Virus record (IMG/VR): IMGVR_UViG_3300042923_000119
Coordinates: 1-50,912 of that record
Source of the DNA: a virus
Taxonomy: Duplodnaviria > Caudoviricetes
Length of the DNA stretch: 50,912 bases
Reading direction: 5' to 3' (one strand)
Made by a program: the position numbers and the translations under genes. The notes under the pieces are model-generated. The model was given only the letters and a program-made list of their open reading frames with translations. It searched no databases and was not told the DNA's origin. Shown here piece after piece: positions 18,627 through 26,670 of this stretch; position 1 is the stretch's first letter; each line of letters starts with the position of its first letter.

Positions 18627-19195
18627 GTGAAGAGTTGTAGAAATACACTTTTAATACATTTGGACATGCCAAGATCAAGTCGAAACTTATCAAAATCGGA
18701 TTGGGCATGACAACGTTTTGCGAGTGTGGGGCAAACGTAATACAATACATTTATATTATAAGACTTAAGGGGTAAGAGACAACCGAAGGTAACGAGCGCG
18801 TGGCTCACGATTACCGCCGAAATGATATGGTTGTCTGCCGTGTACCATGGAGACGGGAGCGCAATACCAATAAGTCGCAATTAAAAATCCGTTGAAAGGG
18901 AAGGGAAACGGCGCAAAGAGAGACTTAGCAATAAGGTGACTCAATTGAGGGGCTGGCTTGCGGGTGGCTCAATTATAGACAGACCGAAATGTCTTACTGT
19001 AGTAATACTACGATGTGTGAAACTAAAGCGAAAGCGAGTCTTAAGGGGCGAAACGTAGCTAGATTGATCGCTAGTGAGGGCGTGGCGGTAGTCACAAATA
19101 CGTGGAAGCGTGGATGGGGCAATCACGGATTTAGAAAAACTTCAATGATAACCAGAGTTTTGTAAGGGGATATGATTTATATCGCTTAATTTTTA
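18627..19195 (+). ncRNA. large structured ncRNA, ROOL-like (boundaries approximate)
   Basis: ~570 nt, GC-elevated, no credible ORF; long-range pairs TAAGACTT(18759)/GAGTCTTA(19036), AAATCCGT(18885)/ACGGATTT(19125), TAAGTC(18871)/GACTTA(18922); hairpins AATTGAG/CTCAATT, CATGCC/GGCATG, GACA-GACCGAAA-TGTC; prophage and tRNA-adjacent context. Confidence 0.7.
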
Positions 19196-19207
19196 AATGG
19201 CTATCAA

Positions 19208-19415
19208 TGGGGTGTGGCGTGAATAGGTAGACGCTAAATAATGGTCAAGGGATGGCTAACGCTTAAGCCTATGTTGGAAGACAAGTCGGGTAAATAGCCG
19301 GAAGATAGGGTTAGCTAATAAATTGCGTGAAAATCATAAAACCATTTATCCTCGTAAAGAGTGCCGACTAACACGCAAATAATCCCATGTGAGGTGCAAA
19401 TCCTCACCGCCCCAA
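19208..19415 (+). ncRNA. tRNA-like RNA with a ~150-nt structured insert replacing the anticodon/variable arms
   Basis: Acceptor TGGGGTG/CGCCCCA, D-arm GCGT-GAATAGGTAG-ACGC, T-arm GTGAGG-TGCAAAT-CCTCAC; insert 19235-19388 has five or more helices. Confidence 0.75.
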
Positions 19416-19426
19416 TAAAACAAAAT

Positions 19427-19521
19427 GCAAGTGGCTGCACTGTGGGAAGTGCCAGGAACAAATTCCGAATTTAAACTATTCGGTGGAAACAGGAAAAATG
19501 GTTCGATTCCAACCGCTTGCT
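19427..19521 (+). tRNA. non-canonical or degenerate tRNA-like element (8-bp acceptor, short T stem)
   Basis: GCAAGTGG/CCGCTTGC acceptor, D-like GCAC..GTGC arm, CCGAAT-TTAAACT-ATTCGG arm, T-loop GGTTCGATTCC; no encoded CCA. Confidence 0.55.
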
Positions 19522-19546
19522 TTAAATAATTAATGAAGGTGATTAA

Positions 19547-19810
19547 ATGGAATGGTCAGATGTTGAAAGTAATTTACTATCAAAAGATGAATTAAAGGAT
19601 ATTGACCAAATAGCCAATTTAATATCTACGCTTATACAAAGAAGATTAGACCTTAATTTAACGCAACAAGCATTGGCGGATAAAACAGGTTTAAAACAAT
19701 CAGACATAGCTAGGTTTGAAAGGCTAGGAGCTATACCTCGTATTGATAAATTTACAAGAATAGCAAAAACGTTAGGATATAATGTTAAATTAGAACCTAT
19801 AGAAAATTAG
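19547..19810 (+). CDS. XRE HTH protein (HigA antitoxin-like)
   Basis: LI..R..L.LTQ..LA.KTGLKQS.IAR.E.....P.I. Confidence 0.85.
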   Translation: MEWSDVESNLLSKDELKDIDQIANLISTLIQRRLDLNLTQQALADKTGLKQSDIARFERLGAIPRIDKFTRIAKTLGYNVKLEPIEN

Positions 19811-19877
19811 ATTATAAAACAAAAACATGTATGTTTAGATACATATAAATATAAATAAATTAAAGGATGTACTTAAC

Positions 19878-20048
19878 ATGAATACAGAAGAATACAAACA
19901 AAAAGCAGAAGAACTGCAAAAAGCGTCTTTGCCGTTATTGGAGTTTTTAAATAAGCATTATGATCCGCATTGTAGCGAGATCGTAACAGAGGGTAGAGTT
20001 GAAATTGTTAGCGGTGAAATGTCGGTTAGTTTGCCGGTTCGTGATTAA
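19878..20048 (+). CDS. small hypothetical protein (56 aa)
   Basis: AAGGA RBS; PLLEFLNKHYDPHCSEIVT motif. Confidence 0.6.
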   Translation: MNTEEYKQKAEELQKASLPLLEFLNKHYDPHCSEIVTEGRVEIVSGEMSVSLPVRD

Positions 20049-20184
20049 ATAAGGAAGGTGATTAAAATAGATAAATTGTTAATGTTGATAGGTAGTCTTA
20101 TTGGCGATTTTTTAAAGGGATTTTGCATTGCTGCCGGTATCATTATGGCGATTAAAATTTTAATCTAATAATAAATATATAAAC

Positions 20185-20215
20185 AAAAAAGCACTCTATT
20201 ATAGGGTGCTTTTTA
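20185..20215 (+). terminator. rho-independent terminator (possibly bidirectional)
   Basis: AAAAAAGCACTCTA-TTA-TAGGGTGCTTTTT. Confidence 0.75.
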
Positions 20216-20403
20216 ACGTTAAGAAAGGAGACAAGTAATGCAACACAGACAATGCAACGAATGCTTTCATTATGACAGCAAAAACGATAGATGTAAAAGC
20301 CAGTCGCCATGCTTAAGATGCTCAGGATTTGACCCAATTAATGTATGCTATAGCGAGTTTAACAAGCATGGGAAAAAAGAGATTATAGGGAAGGTATAAA
20401 ATT

Positions 20404-20676
20404 ATGGATATTGAGCGATGGAAAGAAGCTACAGTCGAAGACATAGTAAGTGATTTAAAAGAATTTATAAATAACATACAGAATTATGTTCCACCGAAAG
20501 ACGAATCAATAGGTTATTCTGTTGAAGATTATAAATTACTAAAAATGATGGAAGAAAAAGAAACACAAGAAGCAGAATTTAAAAGTAACTGTAAGAAAAT
20601 AAGTAAAAATAACGCTTATAGAAAACACGTTTTAAGAATGATAGGAATGAGTAGTTATGGATACAAAAACATGTAA
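20404..20676 (+). CDS. hypothetical protein
   Basis: ORF with RBS. Confidence 0.55.
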   Translation: MDIERWKEATVEDIVSDLKEFINNIQNYVPPKDESIGYSVEDYKLLKMMEEKETQEAEFKSNCKKISKNNAYRKHVLRMIGMSSYGYKNM

Positions 20677-20863
20677 AATAAATACCTTAAAGTTTGTAGA
20701 TACAATAGAATTTCATAAAAAGCTAACTAAAATATTAAAGTATTGTTGTGAAAATAATATTAAATATTGTATGGATATTATTTGTAACGGGAGATTTAAT
20801 CAATATTATTTGTGGGTTACAGATGATGAAGAAAAAGAAATTAATAAAATTATTGCAAAATAA
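20657..20863 (+). CDS. hypothetical protein
   Basis: Overlapping ORF ending before a terminator. Confidence 0.5.
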   Translation: MDTKTCKINTLKFVDTIEFHKKLTKILKYCCENNIKYCMDIICNGRFNQYYLWVTDDEEKEINKIIAK

Positions 20864-20872
20864 TAACTAATC

Positions 20873-20898
20873 AAGTCACCTTAACTGGTGGCTTTTTT
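20873..20898 (+). terminator. rho-independent terminator
   Basis: AAGTCACC-TTAACT-GGTGGCTTTTTT. Confidence 0.75.
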
Positions 20899-20918
20899 AT
20901 TTAAAAGAAGGTGAATAT

Positions 20919-21128
20919 ATGCGTATAGGAACTAAAAGGTTTGCACTTAATATAGATTTACGCAAACATCCTGTTAAATGGCATGATGGCAAATATACGG
21001 TAATGATATGGATAGATAGGTCAAACTGTATGCAATGGTGGGCGTTTATACCGAGTGGCAAGCCACATATGGGGTGGGTGAGGTTTATTCGGAGAGAGTG
21101 GAGAAATTTGAGGTTGTTGTTTAGATAA
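20919..21128 (+). CDS. hypothetical Trp-rich protein
   Basis: AAGGTG RBS. Confidence 0.5.
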   Translation: MRIGTKRFALNIDLRKHPVKWHDGKYTVMIWIDRSNCMQWWAFIPSGKPHMGWVRFIRREWRNLRLLFR

Positions 21129-21435
21129 AGGAGATAAAAATATGCAATTAATGACGGAATGATATTTGTTTCTCTAATAATATGTATCTTATTGATTCCA
21201 ATGTTTTATGGATTTGCGTTAAAAAGATTATTATATCCTGATATTAGTTTTATAGATTATTTAAATTTTTGGAGATGATATTGTGAATGATTTTTATTGT
21301 GGGATGATAGCTACATTACTTGCTGTATTTGCAGGAATGATAACTGGAGCATGGGTGGCAGGATTACTAATAGTAAAAGAAATAAAGAAATTAGAACAAA
21401 AATACTTTAATAGTAAAATAAATTGAGGTGGGAAT

Positions 21436-21663
21436 ATGTTTGCAATAGATATTATACCAATAAGTGATTTTATGTTTGCTACATGGATGATTGATAGAAT
21501 AAATTTAACCTTTGGACAGTTTGCTATTAAGTATTTGTATTTTAATTTAGAGATTGTATTACCAATAGGATTAGGTGTCATTGGAATTTATCTGTATTTT
21601 GCAATGTATAGACAAAAACGAATTAAAAATAAAAATATGATCGAAATTAAATCATTAAGATAA
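21436..21663 (+). CDS. small membrane protein
   Basis: GAGGTG RBS; hydrophobic helix followed by a basic tail. Confidence 0.55.
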   Translation: MFAIDIIPISDFMFATWMIDRINLTFGQFAIKYLYFNLEIVLPIGLGVIGIYLYFAMYRQKRIKNKNMIEIKSLR

Positions 21664-21738
21664 ATAATAAATTTTAGCTGATATTTTTTAATATCAGTAT
21701 TTTTTATGCCTAAAATTATAAGTGGAGCGTGATTTTGT

Positions 21739-22224
21739 ATGATAATTGATATTGATAAACAAAATAAAACGGCTATGAAATGGATACTTAATTATTGTGA
21801 GTTAAAAAGAGCATATATTGACCGATCAGCAAACTTTAGCACGTTAGGGGCAACACAATATGACGCTATGCCGCATGGAACTAGTGTAGGAAATCCTTGT
21901 GCGAATAAGACAATGACATTGCTTGACCTTGAATATCACAAAAAATGGATCATGGTTATTGAAAAGATGGAGCAGACTTTATCCGAGAAAAGCAGAAAAT
22001 ATCTTGAATTACGCCGTGATGCTGTGAACCAGTTTTCAAATATAAATAATACAGGCAGACCGGGTTGGGTTAATTATGTACAACCACGATACGCTGAATG
22101 GATGAATTATAGATATGGCATAGAGATTGATCCACCTACAAAAAATACGATGCTGAAATGGATGGATAAAATATTAGACGTTACTATTAGAATTGCATTT
22201 AATGATAAAGTTTTAGAAATTTAG
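21739..22224 (+). CDS. second ArpU/RinA-like regulator
   Basis: MPHGTSVGNP..K...L...KWI.VIE....L......LELR, C-terminal T...W...I; precedes the HNH/terminase genes. Confidence 0.6.
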   Translation: MIIDIDKQNKTAMKWILNYCELKRAYIDRSANFSTLGATQYDAMPHGTSVGNPCANKTMTLLDLEYHKKWIMVIEKMEQTLSEKSRKYLELRRDAVNQFSNINNTGRPGWVNYVQPRYAEWMNYRYGIEIDPPTKNTMLKWMDKILDVTIRIAFNDKVLEI

Positions 22225-22264
22225 TTTAGCCAATGGCTAAAGTCAATAAAAGTGGTGGTATAAT
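22225..22264 (+). promoter_or_regulatory. putative packaging-operon promoter
   Basis: Inverted repeat TTTAGCCAATGGCTAAA (22225-41) and extended -10 TGGTATAAT (22256-64). Confidence 0.55.
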
Positions 22265-22373
22265 TACATTATCGAGAGTATGCGAAACGGGACTTATATT
22301 TTTATAAGCATAATATTAAGCACTTACATCTTAACTGGTGTAGGTGTTTTTTAATTTGCGAAAGAGGTTAGGC

Positions 22374-22619
22374 ATGCTACAAAAATTAAAACGAATAAAA
22401 GACCAAAAATGTATAGATAAGATAAGAAAAATAGGATACTGTGAAATATGTGGTAGTAACTATGCATTAGAAGTTCATCACATTAAATCAAAAGGATCAG
22501 GCGGTAACGATACAGAAGATAACTTGATTTGTTTATGCTATGTACATCATAGAGAAACCCATGACGGGAATATAAGCAGAGATAAATTAAGAGAAATTGT
22601 GAGGAATAGAAATGGATAA
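22374..22619 (+). CDS. HNH endonuclease
   Basis: CEICG...EVHHIKSKGSGG.D..DNLICLC..HH...H. Confidence 0.88.
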   Translation: MLQKLKRIKDQKCIDKIRKIGYCEICGSNYALEVHHIKSKGSGGNDTEDNLICLCYVHHRETHDGNISRDKLREIVRNRNG

Positions 22620-23001
22620 ATTCGAAATACCAGAAAACCCTACACAATTACAATTAAATCAATCATTGTCAACATGCGCTAATAATATTTCAAGGATAAT
22701 AGATTTAGTAGCTAAATATAAAGCTAATGCATCAATAGCACAGACGAAATATAAAAGATCGTTAGCAAGAGCTAAAATAAAGAATGCAAGCGCAAAGACA
22801 GCAACAATGCAAAATGCTTTAGCCGAGGTAGAGGAAGACGTAATAGCAGCACAAGACGAGCTAGAGCAAGCAAATGCGATATTCTTAATAGCGGAAGCAG
22901 AATTGGAAGGATGGCAAGCACAGTTTGTAGCAGTAAGAAAAATGTGTTCGCTAAAAGAAACAGAAGTTAAGAACGGATTAGATAGATATACAGGTGGATA
23001 A
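22612..23001 (+). CDS. coiled-coil hypothetical protein
   Basis: Helical Ala/Glu-rich ORF. Confidence 0.65.
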   Translation: MDKFEIPENPTQLQLNQSLSTCANNISRIIDLVAKYKANASIAQTKYKRSLARAKIKNASAKTATMQNALAEVEEDVIAAQDELEQANAIFLIAEAELEGWQAQFVAVRKMCSLKETEVKNGLDRYTGG

Positions 23002-23104
23002 TGGACATAGATAATATAATTGGATTTATAATAGTACTAGTATTTACAACGATAACGATTAGTTTTAATACAAAGTAACATAGGAGTAAAGTAGGTGAGG
23101 TGGT

Positions 23105-23689
23105 GTGGTAAGAGATGAGTTTTGTGACAAATGCGAATTAATCGAAGATTGCAATCAATTAAAAATAGAATGCAATGCTATGAACGCTTTATGTAAAATA
23201 GGAATAACAGAAGACAGGCAACGCAAAAGAGAATTAATTATTGAATATGCTAAACAGCTAGACATTATAGAATGTGAACCGTCTAAAGAACTACAAGAAC
23301 TAGGGGAAAAAGTTATTTCACATGTTCAGGAATTAAACTTTATAGATGAATTTGAAATAAGAGTTGGATATGTCATTAGCTATGAAGCCAAAAAGAAAGA
23401 TGGTAGAACGGTAGCGGCAGATTGTAGAAAAGTAACAAGTTCTTATCTAGCATATTTACCATTTGATTTTATAGTAACTTTTTATGAGCCTAATATGTCT
23501 TACATGACTGATAACCAAAAGAAGATTTTAATGATGCATGAATTAAAACATATAGAAATTGGTTATAGGGGATTAAAGATAAAGCCACATGATGTAGAAG
23601 ACTTCGAGATAATATTAAAAGAATATGGTATAAATTGGAACGGAATAGATAGTGATGTACCGGATATATTCGAGTTAAAGAGTGAGTAG
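23105..23689 (+). CDS. putative phage metallopeptidase
   Basis: MHELKHI (HExxH) and PHDVEDF..I...YG motifs. Confidence 0.8.
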   Translation: MVRDEFCDKCELIEDCNQLKIECNAMNALCKIGITEDRQRKRELIIEYAKQLDIIECEPSKELQELGEKVISHVQELNFIDEFEIRVGYVISYEAKKKDGRTVAADCRKVTSSYLAYLPFDFIVTFYEPNMSYMTDNQKKILMMHELKHIEIGYRGLKIKPHDVEDFEIILKEYGINWNGIDSDVPDIFELKSE

Positions 23690-23697
23690 GTGGTGTT

Positions 23698-24258
23698 ATG
23701 GAAAAGAAAAAGAAAACCACTAAAAGGAAAATAAAAAAGAATACACAAACCGTCAGAGAATGGATACCTAACGCACAATTAATGGCAATGGCAGAAATGC
23801 TTGCCGATCCTGCTGATAGAAGAACCAAAGGCGAAAAGATTAAAGATGCAGGACTGACGGAGAGAAATTTTTATCGTTGGATGAAAGATGAACGCTATAT
23901 AAATTATATAAACAACATAGTTGATAAATATACCAATTCAGATTTGCCTGATGTATGGAAAGCATTAATGCGCAAATGCAAGATGGGCGACACTACGGCA
24001 ATTAAGTTACTATTTGATATGAAGGGTATGTTCCCTGAATTCCAAAATAAGAAATGGTATCAAGAACAATGCTTAGATATTGAACGTAAAAAACTTGCTA
24101 TCACAGAAGCTAAAAACGGTAATGGAGTTAACGTAATAGAAGAATCAAACAACAGAATTATTACATTAGCTGATCGAATAAATAATCCTTCCGAAGATAG
24201 ACCAATAGACAGTTTTGAAAGTGAGGATGATATAGATGAAGATAGTCGAGTTTACTAA
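23698..24258 (+). CDS. terminase small subunit-like HTH protein
   Basis: AGLTERNFYRWMKD HTH, G...AIKL; upstream of TerL. Confidence 0.7.
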   Translation: MEKKKKTTKRKIKKNTQTVREWIPNAQLMAMAEMLADPADRRTKGEKIKDAGLTERNFYRWMKDERYINYINNIVDKYTNSDLPDVWKALMRKCKMGDTTAIKLLFDMKGMFPEFQNKKWYQEQCLDIERKKLAITEAKNGNGVNVIEESNNRIITLADRINNPSEDRPIDSFESEDDIDEDSRVY

Positions 24259-24409
24259 TGCAGATAATAATAGATCGTTGTATTTAAACGCAGAAAAAAT
24301 AATTAGTTTTGTAGAAAATGATGGAAATGGAACAACGATACTTACTGTAGATAAAATAGAATATAGAGTCGAACAAACCACACAAGAAGTATTATTTATA
24401 TTGGGATAA
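24236..24409 (+). CDS. small FlbD/SwrD-like protein (57 aa, not in ORF track)
   Basis: GAGG RBS; MKIVEFT...LYLNAEKIISFVE...TILT....YRVEQT.QEV. Confidence 0.5.
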   Translation: MKIVEFTNADNNRSLYLNAEKIISFVENDGNGTTILTVDKIEYRVEQTTQEVLFILG

Positions 24410-24776
24410 TGGATAAAAATACATAAATAATGAATAATATACATAAATATGCTTAAATAAGCGTGTTTTAATATAAATATGTGAATAAATATTTATAAGG
24501 TGATAATATATGAGTATAGAAACTGCGAATAATATAATATTTTATAGCAATTTAATTACAATTTGTTGCAGTACGGCAACCGTTTTCTTTCTAATTAAAA
24601 TTATTAACAACATGCATAAATAACGTATAACACCTCTAAATATACAATTTGTATTTAAAATATAATACAAAAACTACAGTAGTCCTCTAAAACCTTATAA
24701 ACTCTACATAAATGAGTTCCGATAAGTATAAATTATCAAACCTAATAATAGTTATCAATTACTTGGAGAAAATTTA

Positions 24777-25301
24777 ATGAAAGATAAAAGAAAAAGAATA
24801 AAACAATCGTATTATGATGAATTGAGACTTAATAATAAAAAGCATTGCCCTATTTGTGATCAGATTAAAAGCTTAAATGAATTTAGAGATGGCTTTTGTA
24901 TAGAATGCAGCAGGGAGTATAAGCGCAAAGAATATGCTGCTAATAAAGAAAAATATCACGATAGATACATGACCCGATATAGTAAAAAAGAGTATTTTGT
25001 TTATGAATTTTTTAATAAATATAACCAAATCATATACATAGGTAAAACTAAGGCGTTAAAAGCTAGAATGATATCTCACTTTAGAACAGATGGACATTTG
25101 CCGAGCGAGTGCTACGACAATGTAACATCTGTTTTTTATTGCCCGTTACCAACTCAAATAGATATGGATATATATGAGATATATTTAATAGATAAAATTA
25201 GACCACGGTTTAATACGATGTATATCCATGAGAAAAACGAAATATCAAACATTACATTGCCTGATTTACAATGGCAAGAATACAAGAAGTTATTCTTATA
25301 G
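24777..25301 (+). CDS. Zn-finger plus GIY-YIG endonuclease
   Basis: CPICD...CIEC; YFVY......IIYIGKT..L..R...H, E...I....P.FN. Confidence 0.85.
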   Translation: MKDKRKRIKQSYYDELRLNNKKHCPICDQIKSLNEFRDGFCIECSREYKRKEYAANKEKYHDRYMTRYSKKEYFVYEFFNKYNQIIYIGKTKALKARMISHFRTDGHLPSECYDNVTSVFYCPLPTQIDMDIYEIYLIDKIRPRFNTMYIHEKNEISNITLPDLQWQEYKKLFL

Positions 25302-25356
25302 TTATCCTGAACATATCGTTTGATAGATAAGATGAAGTTTTAAAGGCAGTGATACC

Positions 25357-26658
25357 TTGACACAATACGCAGCATTTTGTAAGAAACAAGCTAACTACAT
25401 AAAGCGATGTTTAAACCCCATAAACTGGTTAAATGTTGCTGAGGGCGGTAAGCGTGCTTCAAAAAACGTAATCAATATTGTTGCATGGTGTGCAATACTA
25501 GAAAACCATCCTGATAAACTTCACCTAGCAGCTGGCGTATCGGTAGCAACTGCCAAACTTAATATTATAGATAGTAATGGGTTTGGAGTACTTAACTACT
25601 TTAAAGGTCGTTGTAGGCAAGGTAAGTATCAAGATAAAGATGCGTTGATCATTCAAACTGCCACAGGCGAAAAAGTAGTTCTTATTTCTGGTGGCGGTAA
25701 AAACGGTGATGAGAAACTTATCAAAGGGTTAACATTGGGTAGCGTTTATATCTCAGAAGCAAACGAATGCGCTCAATCGTTTATTAAAGAAATATTTGAC
25801 CGTACCATATCAAGTTCGCTACGCAAGATATTATTTGACCTAAATCCTAAAGCTGAATTACATTATTTTTATACTGAAATATTAAATATACATGAAACTA
25901 ATAATAAAAAATATCCTAGTTATGGTTACAACTACGCACATTTTACCATACATGATAATCTTAGTTTATCAGATGATAAAATACGTGAAATTCTTCGTAC
26001 ATACAATAAAAAATCAATATGGTATCAACGTGATATACTTGGCCTTCGCAAAAATGCAGAAGGTCTTATTTATGATATGTTTGGTGCTGATAACCAATAC
26101 GAAGATGGTCAAGGTGGACCTGATTACAATCTATTACATAAACGATATTATTCAATAGATTATGGTACTGTTAACCCTTTTTCTTGCCATGAATATATTG
26201 AGCAGACAATTGAACGCAACACTCTCTATTATGTTGAAAATGAATTCTATTATGATTCCAAAAAGGAAAAGAAGCAAAAGGCCGACAGAGAATATGCCGA
26301 TGATTTATATGGTTTTATTGATAATAAAAGATATCTAGGGATAATCATTGATCCAAGTGCATCAAGTTTTAAAGCTGAATTAAGAAAACGAAGTTTAAAG
26401 CCACGTGAAGCCAATGACCTTATTAATGCAGATAACGAAGTATTAAACGGCATTAGGCTCGTTGCTACAATGTTTCAAGCAGGAAAGTTGTTTATAAATA
26501 AAACAAAATGCCCTAACTTAGTTAGAGAACTAAACTCCTACCTTTGGGATTCAAAAGCATCTGAGCGCGGAGTTGAAAAACCAATAAAGGAAAATGACCA
26601 TGGGCCAGATGAGTTACGTTACTTTACAAAAACAGTTGTTAAGTCATACAGAATATAG
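25357..26658 (+). CDS. terL: terminase large subunit (PBSX family)
   Basis: Walker A-like EGGKRASKN, ISEAN, DLNP, IDYGTVNP, IDPSA.SF, KENDHGPDELRY nuclease motifs. Confidence 0.92.
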   Translation: MTQYAAFCKKQANYIKRCLNPINWLNVAEGGKRASKNVINIVAWCAILENHPDKLHLAAGVSVATAKLNIIDSNGFGVLNYFKGRCRQGKYQDKDALIIQTATGEKVVLISGGGKNGDEKLIKGLTLGSVYISEANECAQSFIKEIFDRTISSSLRKILFDLNPKAELHYFYTEILNIHETNNKKYPSYGYNYAHFTIHDNLSLSDDKIREILRTYNKKSIWYQRDILGLRKNAEGLIYDMFGADNQYEDGQGGPDYNLLHKRYYSIDYGTVNPFSCHEYIEQTIERNTLYYVENEFYYDSKKEKKQKADREYADDLYGFIDNKRYLGIIIDPSASSFKAELRKRSLKPREANDLINADNEVLNGIRLVATMFQAGKLFINKTKCPNLVRELNSYLWDSKASERGVEKPIKENDHGPDELRYFTKTVVKSYRI

Positions 26659-26670
26659 GAGGACTGCCCA

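Noticed and set aside
18596-19126. Minus-strand ORFs 18596-18880 and 18941-19126
   Set aside because: No RBS or recognisable domains, opposite to all other genes; better explained as antisense to a structured RNA
19208-19415. tmRNA or group I intron-containing tRNA
   Set aside because: Has a D-stem, lacks the G3-U70 alanine identity and an evident tag ORF; the insert is ~150 nt, no anticodon stem flanks it, and the R/S-like words (CCGACTA, AAGATAG) are in the wrong order
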